A stretch of DNA of 64,000 nucleotides from Syntrophales bacterium (GTDB lineage Bacteria; Desulfobacterota; Syntrophia; Syntrophales; UBA2185): NCBI GenBank assembly GCA_035685925.1, contig DASRZZ010000077.1:12061-76060 (forward strand), read 5' to 3'. Within the stretch, counting starts at the first letter, position 1; each line of letters begins with the position of its first letter. The notes under the pieces are model-generated. The model ran no database searches and was not told where the DNA came from. It saw nothing but the letters and a program-made list of their open reading frames with translations. Shown in pieces: positions 31,433 to 41,438 of this stretch. Position numbers and translations under genes: made by a program.

Positions 31433-32779
31433 ATGAACTACTGCAATGTTATGAGACGTCTTATAAAATTCGTTGCGCCCATGCTGGTCATGCTATCCGT
31501 CTTGTGTATGCCTGATCGCGCCTCGGGCATGGTCTACATTGACATCGATTCTCCCGCCTTCCAAAAATTTCCCATCGCCATTGTTGATTTCAGGAAGATA
31601 AGTCAACAGAGCTATCCGGCAGAGCTGTCAGGTTGGTTTTCAGATACGCTGGCGAAATATTTGCAGATGACAGGATTTTTTAACATCATCAACAAAAAGG
31701 CTTTTCTCGAAGATCAAAAACAAGCTGGCTTAACGGTGGATAGTATCAGGTTTGAGGACTGGGCTGTAATTGGCGCTGAATATTTGGTGAAGGGGGCTTT
31801 TCAGTCTAATGGTAAGGATGTCACTGCCCGATTTTATCTTTTCGATGTCATGAAGGGAGAAGTTATCGTCGGAAAACAGTACAGCGGAAAAATAGAAGAT
31901 AAGATCGAAATGGTTCGACGCTTTGCGGGAGAAATTCTTCTTGCCCTGACAGGAGACGACGGCGTATTTAGGACAGAGATAGCTTTTGTGCTGAAGAAGA
32001 AGCAAATTTCGGATATTTACACAATCAAATTCGATGGAACTGAGTTGCTCCAAGTTACTAACTTCCAGTCACTGACTCTAGCGCCGCGCTGGTCTCTAGA
32101 CGGAAAATTTATATCCTTTACATCTTACAGAAGCGGGAATCCCGATCTCTATATCAAGCCCGTAAACGGTACGAAGGTGGAAAAAATTGCGAGTTTTGAT
32201 GGTATCAATCTGGGTGGATCGTGGTCGAGGGACGGCAGGAAGCTCTTGGTGACCCTGAGCAAGGACGGCAATGAGGAAATATATAAGATGGATCTGGAGA
32301 GCAGAAATCTTGAACGCCTCACCAATAATTTTGCCATTGATGTATCGCCCTCTTGGTCGCCGGATAACAAAAGCATTGCTTTTGTTTCAAACCGCTCCGG
32401 CACACCGCAAATATTCACGATGGACGCTGATGGGAGTAATGTGAAAAGACTAACCTTCGACGGAAACTACAATACATCCCCATCCTGGTCGCCACGGGGC
32501 AACAGGATAGCGTATGAAGGACGGGTGAATGGACGTTTCCAGATATTCTACATAAATGAGGATGGCAGCAATCCTTCACAGCTTACCTTTGATAATGTTG
32601 ACCATGAATCGCCGTCCTGGTCCCCAGATGGCAGGTACTTGGCCTTCAGCACAAGGAGTAATGGCAAATACAGAGTTTGCGTGATGAATGCTAACGGGTC
32701 AAATGTGCGTGTCCTCTATGAAAATGTGAGCGGCTGCATGAGCCCATCTTGGTCGCCAAAAATAAAGTCCCCACAATAA
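31433..32779 (+). CDS. tolB: TolB beta-propeller protein
   Basis: TolB N-domain plus PD40 repeats (PSWSPD). Confidence 0.95.
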   Translation: MNYCNVMRRLIKFVAPMLVMLSVLCMPDRASGMVYIDIDSPAFQKFPIAIVDFRKISQQSYPAELSGWFSDTLAKYLQMTGFFNIINKKAFLEDQKQAGLTVDSIRFEDWAVIGAEYLVKGAFQSNGKDVTARFYLFDVMKGEVIVGKQYSGKIEDKIEMVRRFAGEILLALTGDDGVFRTEIAFVLKKKQISDIYTIKFDGTELLQVTNFQSLTLAPRWSLDGKFISFTSYRSGNPDLYIKPVNGTKVEKIASFDGINLGGSWSRDGRKLLVTLSKDGNEEIYKMDLESRNLERLTNNFAIDVSPSWSPDNKSIAFVSNRSGTPQIFTMDADGSNVKRLTFDGNYNTSPSWSPRGNRIAYEGRVNGRFQIFYINEDGSNPSQLTFDNVDHESPSWSPDGRYLAFSTRSNGKYRVCVMNANGSNVRVLYENVSGCMSPSWSPKIKSPQ

Positions 32780-32937
32780 GTTATTAGAGGACATGTCAAT
32801 AAGGTGTGCGTACCTGCTGGTTCCCCACTTGAAATTTTTGTGGTTGACCTTTAGGGTGGATTGTGGTTTAGAGATTCCGAATCGGGAGATGACCAATTAT
32901 CTTAAGAGTGGCGAAGAGGAGAGAAGATGAGGGCACT

Positions 32938-33057
32938 ATGAAGAGAAGCCTTTGTAATACTTGGGATAATTGGCAAAGAAAGACCCCTGGTTCCGTGGCA
33001 TGATGAAAAAGCTTGGCAAAGAACAGGAGAGACCACTTTGTCGTTATGGTCAAATAG
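32938..33057 (+). pseudogene. pal: Remnant of pal (peptidoglycan-associated lipoprotein)
   Basis: With two frameshifts reads MKRSL/VILGIIGKERPLVPWHDEKAW/AKNRRDHFVVMVK*. This is a signal-peptide start joined to the Pal C-terminus, in the canonical slot between tolB and cpoB. Confidence 0.8.
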
Positions 33058-33084
33058 TAACGTCGTAATAGGGAGATCCATCAA

Positions 33085-33876
33085 TTGAAGAGTTTTATTT
33101 TTTCGCTCCTGCTCGCATCCCTGATCTGCACCGTAGGTTGCGCATCGACCAAAGATTTGCAGCGCGTTCATGGGGATATTGATAGGCAAGTCTTGGCTTT
33201 AAAAGAGGAAAATGCGGGCATCCGAAAAGATATTGTCAAGATCCAAGAAACGCAAGCGTCTTTACAAAAGAGCCAAGCAGAAATGCGTGTGGATATTACG
33301 GATATGAGGGATGGCATCCAAGGTCTGAGGGTTGCAATTGAAGGATTAAGAAAGGACATGGCGTCAATAAGGGAGAGAATAGATAATTTATCTCTGAAGA
33401 TAAACTTTATGGAAGACTTCCTGGAAATTGGAAGGAGAGAAAACCATTCGGAGGCCGATAAAACGGGGAAGGCCGCTTTAAAGAATGCCGCAAAAGGGAA
33501 AACGGGTAAGGAATCGGTATATGCATTGGCCTATGAAACTTTTAAGGAGGGAAAGTATGAAAAGGCCAGAGGGGAGTTTCAGTATTTCCTGAAGCAGCAC
33601 CCTGACTCGGAATATTCTGACAGCGCCCAATTCTTGATAGGGGAAAGTTTTTATTTCGAGAAGAACTATGAAAAAGCCATACCCGAATACGAAAAGGTGG
33701 TCAAGAACTATCCCAAAGGAAGCAAGGTTCCGTATGCTTTGTTGAAGCAGGGTTTCTCTTTTTTGAATCTAGGCGACAAATCAAGTGCCAGGCCGATTCT
33801 TCAGCAGATCATAAAGGAATATCCCGACACCAACCAGGCAACAATAGCAAGGGCAAAACTGATAGAAATTAAGTAG
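33085..33876 (+). CDS. cpoB: Tol-Pal system protein CpoB/YbgF
   Basis: Lipobox VGC, coiled coil, TPRs ending KVPYALLKQG...YPDTNQA. Confidence 0.9.
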   Translation: MKSFIFSLLLASLICTVGCASTKDLQRVHGDIDRQVLALKEENAGIRKDIVKIQETQASLQKSQAEMRVDITDMRDGIQGLRVAIEGLRKDMASIRERIDNLSLKINFMEDFLEIGRRENHSEADKTGKAALKNAAKGKTGKESVYALAYETFKEGKYEKARGEFQYFLKQHPDSEYSDSAQFLIGESFYFEKNYEKAIPEYEKVVKNYPKGSKVPYALLKQGFSFLNLGDKSSARPILQQIIKEYPDTNQATIARAKLIEIK

Positions 33877-33916
33877 AGACAAAGTAAAAGAAAGATCCCT
33901 TACCGTCATATTCGTT

Positions 33917-34735
33917 TCATTGATCAAGAGGAATAGGTATGATTCCGGGAGGGGGTTCGAGATCAAAGGTCATCGCATCAATTCCCTTTGCGGGCTCGAT
34001 ATAGACATAACGGATGATGATATCGGGCTTGTCATTGTCTCCATAAACAATTGTAACATTCTCAGGCAGAATCACATTTTCGATGCAAGTGCAACCGGTG
34101 AATTTGGCGCTGTATAACCGGGAGTCGTCGCCTGCAAATAAATCGACCCTGACGAGTCTTTTTTCCGAATCCACCCAGAGAGATTGAATTTTTCTGTTTT
34201 CAGAAAGTATATCAAGCCTGTAGAGGATGCCGTCGGGTGAACCTTCTAGAGTAATCGACTTTCCTCTTATTTCGGGATGAGTACCTATCAGGATGGACGT
34301 TATGCCTTCGATATCCGGCCCTGATGCAGCAATCGGAAGAAAATGTGCCAAGTTCCTTTTAGTTGCCTCTCCTATATAGAATTTTCCTTTATTTGGAACG
34401 AAGACTTTCAGGACATTTTCATGGACGGTCAAGAAAAAATCTGCAGGCCCTATGAGTGGTACCGATTCCAATCTCAGTGAGGACGGTCTCTGCAGAGCTA
34501 ACGCCACTTTCAGAGGAAACCGGCCCTCAGGAGTATTAACATCAATGCGCGCGATGGCTTTAATACCACCAGGGGAGTGACTGGTTGAGTCGATCTCCTC
34601 CAGAATAGCGAGGGGAGAGGAAAAACCCTCTCTTGAGCCTTCACCGACGTTTAGTGTTTTCTTGAAGGCGCATGCAGGAAAAATGAGAATGAGCGAAAGG
34701 ATGAGGGAAATGGAGAGTGATCTTTTCCGCATCAA
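33917..34735 (-). CDS. LolB-like/DUF4292 lipoprotein
   Basis: Lipobox FPAC, RPSSLRLE motif, beta-rich LolA/LolB-like pattern, coupled to a TPR gene. Confidence 0.65.
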   Translation of the reverse strand: MMRKRSLSISLILSLILIFPACAFKKTLNVGEGSREGFSSPLAILEEIDSTSHSPGGIKAIARIDVNTPEGRFPLKVALALQRPSSLRLESVPLIGPADFFLTVHENVLKVFVPNKGKFYIGEATKRNLAHFLPIAASGPDIEGITSILIGTHPEIRGKSITLEGSPDGILYRLDILSENRKIQSLWVDSEKRLVRVDLFAGDDSRLYSAKFTGCTCIENVILPENVTIVYGDNDKPDIIIRYVYIEPAKGIDAMTFDLEPPPGIIPIPLDQ

Positions 34736-36459
34736 GGCATCTTTCTTTTAATGAGTTCATCGAGCTTTTTTTGCAGATCGCCATTGGCGGGGTTTAATTT
34801 CAGCGCCTGTTTGTATATTTCGATGGCCTCGCTCATCCTTCCTGCCTTTGTGTAGGCGTCACCCAGATGTTCAGCGATCATTGGATCATTAGGCAGGCCA
34901 TCCGATGCCTCTTTAAGATATTTTATGGCCAGATCCATTCTGTTTTTCCTGAAATATACCCAGCCGAGGCTGTCAATCATGTAGGCGTTCCCGGGCTTCA
35001 AGGTTAGAGCCTTTTTGATCATATCCTCGGCTTCGTCAAGACGGATACCCCTGTCCGCATATGTATAACCTATAAAGTTGAGTGCGTCTGCATTCGTCGG
35101 ATCAATTTTTAGGACTAACTCCATTTCATTTATGCTTTCGTTGAAACGGTTTATCTTTTCATAAAGGACACCGAGACTAAAATGAAGGTCGATGCTGTCT
35201 GGCAATGCACGAAGACCTTCTTTTAAAATTCCTTCCGCGGATGGAAGTTTCTTATCTTCCTCGTAAAGCGAGGAGAGGTAAACGTAAAGACCCGGCATAT
35301 CTCGATTATTGAGAATGGCTTTTTTCATTACGTCTATGGCCTGGGCAATCTTGCCCTCCTTCTTGAGGATGATTCCGATATTAATCTGGGCATTTCCGTA
35401 AAGCGCTGAATCCAGGGGGATCTTTTTAAATTCTTCAAGCGCCTTGCCGTGCATCTTTTTCTCTTCATACGCGGACGCGAGCAAATATCTAACCCTCTGG
35501 TCATTTGGATTTCCTTCCAGCAAAATGGTGAACTCGCCAATGGCATCGTCAGGCTTCCCCTTTTCGAGGTAAAGGAGGCCGAGATCCAGGCGCGCTTCCC
35601 TTTTGCCATTATCGAAATCCAGGACTCGCTTGAATTCCCTTTCTGCATCGTCTAATTTTTGTTCTCTGAGCAAGATTTCCCCCAACTTTATCCTCACGTT
35701 TGTGCTGGTTGGATGGAGCTCGATGAAACTCCTGTACAATTTTATCGCTTGATCGCTCTTATTTTCTTTTTCATAGAGGAGGCCCAAATCGATCAATGCC
35801 GGTTCAAAAGTAGGTTTTATGGATAGTGTCTTCTTGAAACCTTGTTCGGCTTCTTCATAGCGATTCATGTCCGTCAATATTTTTGCCAGGTAATAGTTGG
35901 CAGTGAGATGGTCGGGACTGGTTTTTATGAGATCTTGGAAAGTTTTCAAGGCCTTTTTGTAGTTCTTGTTCTCCGCATAGATGGTGCCGAGATACAAACG
36001 GGAAAATGTATTTGTCGGGTCGATCTCAATTACCCTTTCATATTCACCTATGGCGTCGTCATAATCTTTCATGTTCAGGTACAGTCCGCCCAAGAGGAGG
36101 CGGGCGTTGACATTATCCGGATATTCTGCGAGATATTCCTTGCTGAGGGTGATAGCCTTTTGCATCTCCCCATGTTCTATATATAATGATATGAGTTCCG
36201 TCTTGAGATAAGAGGATTGAGGGTCTAAGCCCATGGCCTTTTCATATTCTTTTATCGCGCCCTCTAAATTATCGTTAAGAATGTCCAACACGCCGAGGGA
36301 GTAATGATATGTCGAACAGAATGACGGTTGTTCAATCCCCTCTGAGATGTGCAAAACCTTGCCTGTCGCCGGTGAAGACGCGCAGCCAGCAAAACAGCAT
36401 AAAATTAAGACGAGGAGAAATCTGTTGCTCAAATATTTTTGCATTTTAATCCATTTCAA
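34732..36459 (-). CDS. TPR-repeat lipoprotein
   Basis: Lipobox FAGC, many TPRs, C-terminal ALNFIGYTYAD...DSLGWVYF. Confidence 0.9.
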   Translation of the reverse strand: MKWIKMQKYLSNRFLLVLILCCFAGCASSPATGKVLHISEGIEQPSFCSTYHYSLGVLDILNDNLEGAIKEYEKAMGLDPQSSYLKTELISLYIEHGEMQKAITLSKEYLAEYPDNVNARLLLGGLYLNMKDYDDAIGEYERVIEIDPTNTFSRLYLGTIYAENKNYKKALKTFQDLIKTSPDHLTANYYLAKILTDMNRYEEAEQGFKKTLSIKPTFEPALIDLGLLYEKENKSDQAIKLYRSFIELHPTSTNVRIKLGEILLREQKLDDAEREFKRVLDFDNGKREARLDLGLLYLEKGKPDDAIGEFTILLEGNPNDQRVRYLLASAYEEKKMHGKALEEFKKIPLDSALYGNAQINIGIILKKEGKIAQAIDVMKKAILNNRDMPGLYVYLSSLYEEDKKLPSAEGILKEGLRALPDSIDLHFSLGVLYEKINRFNESINEMELVLKIDPTNADALNFIGYTYADRGIRLDEAEDMIKKALTLKPGNAYMIDSLGWVYFRKNRMDLAIKYLKEASDGLPNDPMIAEHLGDAYTKAGRMSEAIEIYKQALKLNPANGDLQKKLDELIKRKMP

Positions 36460-36513
36460 AAGGCTCTGGAAAATTCAGGTCACTGTAAAGGAGCGAGTCG
36501 CCGGCTCTATGAT

Positions 36514-37392
36514 TTACCGGACAAGTGTGGATACAGGAACAATATCAATGCCGCGAGATTGTAAAACGGGTATTGCCTCTCTCAGGGCCTGAATCGTTTT
36601 CTGGTGGGGATGCCCTATCATTACCACCGATTCAGATTTAAGGTCGAACTCCCTGTCGATCCGGTTTGTCAAATTTCGAAAAATTGTGATGTAATCGTTA
36701 TCATTGTCGATAAATATGTTTCTTGAGATAAATCGAAGTCCTAACTTCCTCGCAATTGCCGGACCCTGAGACAGCGGCGTCGTCCGGCTGTCGACAAAGA
36801 AAAGATTCCGTTCCTTAATTTGTCTGAATACGACGGCGAGTTTTGCTTCATTCTCCATGAACTTCGATCCCATATGATTGTTTACGCCCGATAGATGGGG
36901 AATTGCACTGAGATCCTTGTCAACTTCATCCTTGATTTGCTGATCATTCATGCCCACAAAGAGGGCGCCCACACCGGGGTTTTCATCCGGGAAAGTATGA
37001 GGTTCCATCGGGAGATGGAGCAGGATTTCCCTCTTTGCACTGTACAAAATATTCGCCGCATCGACCGAATGTGCACAGTGAGGGAGAATGGCAAAGGTTA
37101 GGGAGGCATCAATCTCGAGAAGTTCATTCAGTGGTGAAAGATCATAGCCAATGTCATCTATGATTATGGCGATTTTTTTTCTCGATTGGCCAATTCTATC
37201 TTTAGGGATTGTGCTATCCGCCTCATACTTCCCCTGAATACTGGGTGCGGGCTTTTCCCTTAGAACATCCTTTTGGGCAGGTTCCTCATTCTTCACGCCC
37301 TGGTTCACGGCACGATACAGGTATAGCGTCATAACCGAGAGTATGACTGCTAAAGATATGACAAGTAACGTCCGTCCGCCTTTTTGCCTCAT
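36514..37392 (-). CDS. Divergent polysaccharide deacetylase (YibQ family)
   Basis: IAIIIDDIG, LHLPMEP, GVNNHMGS, FVDSRT, IGHP. Confidence 0.92.
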   Translation of the reverse strand: MRQKGGRTLLVISLAVILSVMTLYLYRAVNQGVKNEEPAQKDVLREKPAPSIQGKYEADSTIPKDRIGQSRKKIAIIIDDIGYDLSPLNELLEIDASLTFAILPHCAHSVDAANILYSAKREILLHLPMEPHTFPDENPGVGALFVGMNDQQIKDEVDKDLSAIPHLSGVNNHMGSKFMENEAKLAVVFRQIKERNLFFVDSRTTPLSQGPAIARKLGLRFISRNIFIDNDNDYITIFRNLTNRIDREFDLKSESVVMIGHPHQKTIQALREAIPVLQSRGIDIVPVSTLVR

Positions 37393-37425
37393 GGTCCATG
37401 AACTTCCTCCGGGCTTAGCTACACA

Positions 37426-38733
37426 TCAGCCCTTGAGATTCTTTTTCATTATATCCCAGCTTTTAATGATATCCAGTGCGCTCTTTAGTTGGTTATCCCG
37501 CATTAAAATGTCCTGCACCTCCTTCGCACTGTTATCCTTGCTTGTATCATTTTCTTTCTTCGGCTCTATGTGACCCTTGAGGTCTCGTTCCCTGATGAAA
37601 TCATCCGTCATTTCTTTATCCTCGGAAGGTCTCGCATATTTTACGGTGATATCTGGTTTTATTCCTTCGGCTTGTATAGATCTCCCACTTGGAGTGTAGT
37701 ATTTCGCAGTGGTGAGCTTCAGGGCAGACCCGTCTTCGAGGGGGATGACAGTCTGCACTGATCCTTTTCCAAAGGTCTGCGTGCCGAGTATCAAAGCCCT
37801 GCCATTATCTTGTAGCGCCCCCGCTACTATCTCGGCAGCGCTGGCAGTACCCTCATTGACTATGGCAACAATAGGACACGTGGGCTCATCGCCGTCCTCT
37901 TTCGCTACCGATTTCGTTTCCATGTTTTCGGTTCTTCCCCTGGTTGTGACAATGACCCCGGATTTGAGGAAAACATCGGATACCGCCACTGCCTGATTCA
38001 GCAAACCGCCAGGGTTATTTCTGAGATCCAATACGATGCCTTCAAGAACACCACTTTTTGCTCGAATATCCCTGAGTTCTTTTTTTAGGTCATCGGCTGT
38101 TCTTTCCTGAAATGAAGATAATCTAATATAAGCGATATGATCATCGTAGATCTTGGATTTGACGCTTTTTATCTTTATGATGCTACGGGTAATCACAAAA
38201 TCTTTCGGCTTGGTCATGTCCTCTCGCATAATGGTGACAGTTACCTTGGAATCCTTTGGCCCACGAAGTTTCTGGACTGCCTCCATTATAGTAATGTCCT
38301 TCGTCGATTTCCCGTCAATCTGTATAATATGGTCGCCCGCTTTAATGCCTGCATTGTAGGCCGGAGTATCTTCAATGGGCGAAACAACCGTCAGGACATC
38401 TTTCTTTATAGTGATTTCAATACCGATGCCTCCGAAACTCCCTCGTGTTTCCACCTCAAGATCTTTGTACATTTCGGCGGTCATATAGGCACTGTGGGGA
38501 TCCAGGGACTTCATCATCCCATTAATGGCCCCCTCCAAAAGCTTTTTTGAATCTACTTCCTCGACATAGTTCTTCTGCACAATGTCGAGTACTTCATTGA
38601 AAGTTTTGAGATTCTTGTAAATGCTCCGCTCCAGTGCCGCCGATACTTGGGAATCTCGCTGAAGGCCGAACAGAAGCAGGCAGGCAACCAAGCACAGAGA
38701 CAAGAACATTTTGTCATGCAAGAAGTTTTTCAT
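37426..38733 (-). CDS. ctpA: Carboxyl-terminal processing protease (S41)
   Basis: PDZ domain, LDLRNNPGGLL, TASAAEIVAGAL, TFGKGSVQ. Confidence 0.93.
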   Translation of the reverse strand: MKNFLHDKMFLSLCLVACLLLFGLQRDSQVSAALERSIYKNLKTFNEVLDIVQKNYVEEVDSKKLLEGAINGMMKSLDPHSAYMTAEMYKDLEVETRGSFGGIGIEITIKKDVLTVVSPIEDTPAYNAGIKAGDHIIQIDGKSTKDITIMEAVQKLRGPKDSKVTVTIMREDMTKPKDFVITRSIIKIKSVKSKIYDDHIAYIRLSSFQERTADDLKKELRDIRAKSGVLEGIVLDLRNNPGGLLNQAVAVSDVFLKSGVIVTTRGRTENMETKSVAKEDGDEPTCPIVAIVNEGTASAAEIVAGALQDNGRALILGTQTFGKGSVQTVIPLEDGSALKLTTAKYYTPSGRSIQAEGIKPDITVKYARPSEDKEMTDDFIRERDLKGHIEPKKENDTSKDNSAKEVQDILMRDNQLKSALDIIKSWDIMKKNLKG

Positions 38734-39022
38734 TCAATCCTCCGCTGCTGATATTGATACAGTTCGCATGTGATAACTATTAAATCTAGGATAACACTAT
38801 TTTCATTTAATTTTCCATAAATTTTATGTTGCAGGGCAGGCACAGTTCATAGGGAACCGGTGCACTGCCCGTCTTCTGCTCCGTGCCTGAGTTCATCTTA
38901 TCCCCAGGAAAATGAGCATGCGCTGCCGCGGGAGTATTACGGGTGATACTGCCGGACGCGCAACTCTTTCGGGATGGGGGACACATTGAGGTTGCAAGGA
39001 TAGGCCGCCGTTTACAGACGAG

Positions 39023-40531
39023 CTAGACAAACCGCCCCATATCAGGCGGAGTACCATGGGGTGCAACGGCGGGTCGTTGATGAATAATGTCTATAAAGCA
39101 GTCCACGATTTGTTCATCGAATTGACGATTAACGTTTCTTCTCAACTCGGCAACAGCCACATCTATCTCCATCGCCTTTCGGTATGGCCGGTTGTTCGTC
39201 ATGGCATCGAAGGTATCCGCAACTGCCAGCATCCTGGAAAGCAAGGGAATATCTGAACCCTGCAGGCCATCGGGATAACCATCGCCATCCCACCGTTCGT
39301 GGTGATGGCGGATTATTGATCTTTCCGCGTCCAAGATGGGGAGGGGCTTTAAGATATTTTCTCCTATCAATGGGTGCTTTTTTATAATATCAAATTCGTC
39401 GGCGGTTAGTCTACCTGGTTTCAGCAGGATGTTGTCAGGTATGGAGATTTTTCCTATGTCATGTAGAGTAGCCGCTATCTTTAGCGATTCTATTTCACTG
39501 GGGGAACAATTCATTGCTCCGGCGGTTGTTGTTACAGTATTCATCACCCTTATGGAGTGCTCTTCCGTGTAGTAATCACGGGCCTGGATTGAAGCGACAA
39601 GAGATTGAAAGGTGCTCAAGAGATTTGTATAAAGACTTTCATAGAGGAGTCTGTTCTCAATGTTGAGGGAGGCTCTGTTGGCAATACTCTGTATATAGTA
39701 GAGATCTCTTTCCGTATAGACATGTTCGTTGCTTTTCCCTGAAAGAGCTATGATACCGAAGGCCTGTTCTCTGATTTTCAAAGGTGAACAGATAACAGAT
39801 GAGTATACAGTATCCTTGATGATGTTACGCAGCAAAGGCTCATTCCTGTGCGCGGCATCTTTGAGTATGGAATATAGTGATGGCATTATAACGCTGTTAA
39901 AAAAAGTTCGTGAAACCCCCTTGACGGCAACAGCGTCAAAATCTTGATAATCTTTGTCGTACAAAAGTATAGAACAGGCCTGGCCGCCGACAACCTTCAG
40001 CGCGAGATCAACCATTCCCTGGAAGATTTCGTCGTTGTTCTTTGTGAGTTCAATTTTGTCATATATGTAGCTGCGTGTAGATAAGTCGCTTATCCTGGTA
40101 GTCAAAGAAGGGGACGTTATTTGCTCTTCACATTGAGATAGAATGGTTTTTGCCCTTAAATAGACATCAACCTTATAGAGGAGGTCATCAATATTGAACG
40201 GTTTTGTCAGAAAGTCTACTGCACCGGTCTTCATTGCAGAGACTGACAGCCCGATTGAGGGGTAGGCTGTAACGATAATCACGTGTGTTGTCGGCTTGAT
40301 TTCCCTAATTTTGTCTAAGAGAACCATGCCGTTCATGCCGGGCATCATGACATCACATATGACCAAATCGAAATGATTTTGCCTCAGCTTTTCCAGCCCT
40401 TCAATGCCGTCGGACGCCTCTGCCACTGCGTAATTACCAGCTTGGCATATGGCGTCAACAACGAGCGATCTCGTGGCGGTGTCGTCATCCACGACCAGTA
40501 TGGATTTCTTTTCTGAACTTACATCATTCAT
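39023..40531 (-). CDS. REC-GAF-HD-GYP response regulator (c-di-GMP phosphodiesterase)
   Basis: REC domain (VVDDD...CDVMMP...TKPF), GAF, LHDIGK, HHERWDGDGYP. Confidence 0.92.
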   Translation of the reverse strand: MNDVSSEKKSILVVDDDTATRSLVVDAICQAGNYAVAEASDGIEGLEKLRQNHFDLVICDVMMPGMNGMVLLDKIREIKPTTHVIIVTAYPSIGLSVSAMKTGAVDFLTKPFNIDDLLYKVDVYLRAKTILSQCEEQITSPSLTTRISDLSTRSYIYDKIELTKNNDEIFQGMVDLALKVVGGQACSILLYDKDYQDFDAVAVKGVSRTFFNSVIMPSLYSILKDAAHRNEPLLRNIIKDTVYSSVICSPLKIREQAFGIIALSGKSNEHVYTERDLYYIQSIANRASLNIENRLLYESLYTNLLSTFQSLVASIQARDYYTEEHSIRVMNTVTTTAGAMNCSPSEIESLKIAATLHDIGKISIPDNILLKPGRLTADEFDIIKKHPLIGENILKPLPILDAERSIIRHHHERWDGDGYPDGLQGSDIPLLSRMLAVADTFDAMTNNRPYRKAMEIDVAVAELRRNVNRQFDEQIVDCFIDIIHQRPAVAPHGTPPDMGRFV

Positions 40532-40590
40532 ACTGAAAAAGGCATGATCAATCTTAAGTGATTTCTGTGGATAAGGGCGCCTGATCTGGC

Positions 40591-40803
40591 TTAGTCATTG
40601 TTATTCTTGGATTTCAGAAGAGAATCCATCAGGCTACTTGAAATCTTATCGTAAGCCGTCTTATGCGAGGAGTCCGGGGTGACCGTGTCGGTATCCGTTG
40701 CATCCTGTGTAGGATCGGGTTGCCCGGGTGTTTCCCGCTTGCCCTTGTTCTGTTTTCTATAAGCCTTCAGAACATTTTCAGTCTGATAAGACGAAATTGC
40801 CAT
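40591..40803 (-). CDS. Small protein, DVU0524-like
   Basis: MAISSYQTENVLKAYRKQ...DTVT... with a GGGGTGG RBS. Family call is from memory of the pattern. Confidence 0.55.
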   Translation of the reverse strand: MAISSYQTENVLKAYRKQNKGKRETPGQPDPTQDATDTDTVTPDSSHKTAYDKISSSLMDSLLKSKNNND

Positions 40804-41372
40804 CGTTCCACCCCTGTCCACTATGTATTACAATTCTTTCCTCTGACGTACACGATGATTTTCATGAAGTTTCTAACATATGAAAATCTCTATTGCAAGA
40901 GAAAAAGTGATCCTATATCCGTATGGTTTTCTTTCTATCTTTAAACCTTTTGTTGAGTCGTCGCTCGGTAACGCTTGCCTTTCTCTGCAAAAAGCCTTTT
41001 TTTCGGCTTGGAAGCCGAGGAAGGTCAGGCTATTTTCGATGGATCATCGAAGGATGCTTAAAACCGCGGAATTACTTGCAGATTTCCAATGGGATCGCTC
41101 AAAAAACCGGAGAGGGTATTGTTTGGAGCCAGCATAGAAGATGGCCCCTCGGCTTTATCGTTGATAGCCTGTTGGAACTTCCTCGATACCTTGGCGAAAA
41201 AGTTACGTGCCAAGCCGCTGATGTGTCTTCATGAGGCTGCTTTTTTTACTTTGGATCTCTTGCAAATTTGCACACAATATCTTGCTACAAAATCTCAATT
41301 ATAAATGGATATCATACTAGTAACATTCTATTTGACTATTGGTCAATTTTTGTTTACAGGGACATATTCGAA

Positions 41373-41399
41373 CTAACTTAGCTGATTTTATATCGATAT
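41373..41399 (+). promoter_or_regulatory. Possible sigma28-type promoter
   Basis: CTAA-15 bp-ATCGATAT upstream of 41439, compared with consensus TAAA-N15-GCCGATAA. Confidence 0.35.
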
Positions 41400-41438
41400 A
41401 ATTATAATTGAGGAAGGTAGACTCAAGGAGCAAGGAAA

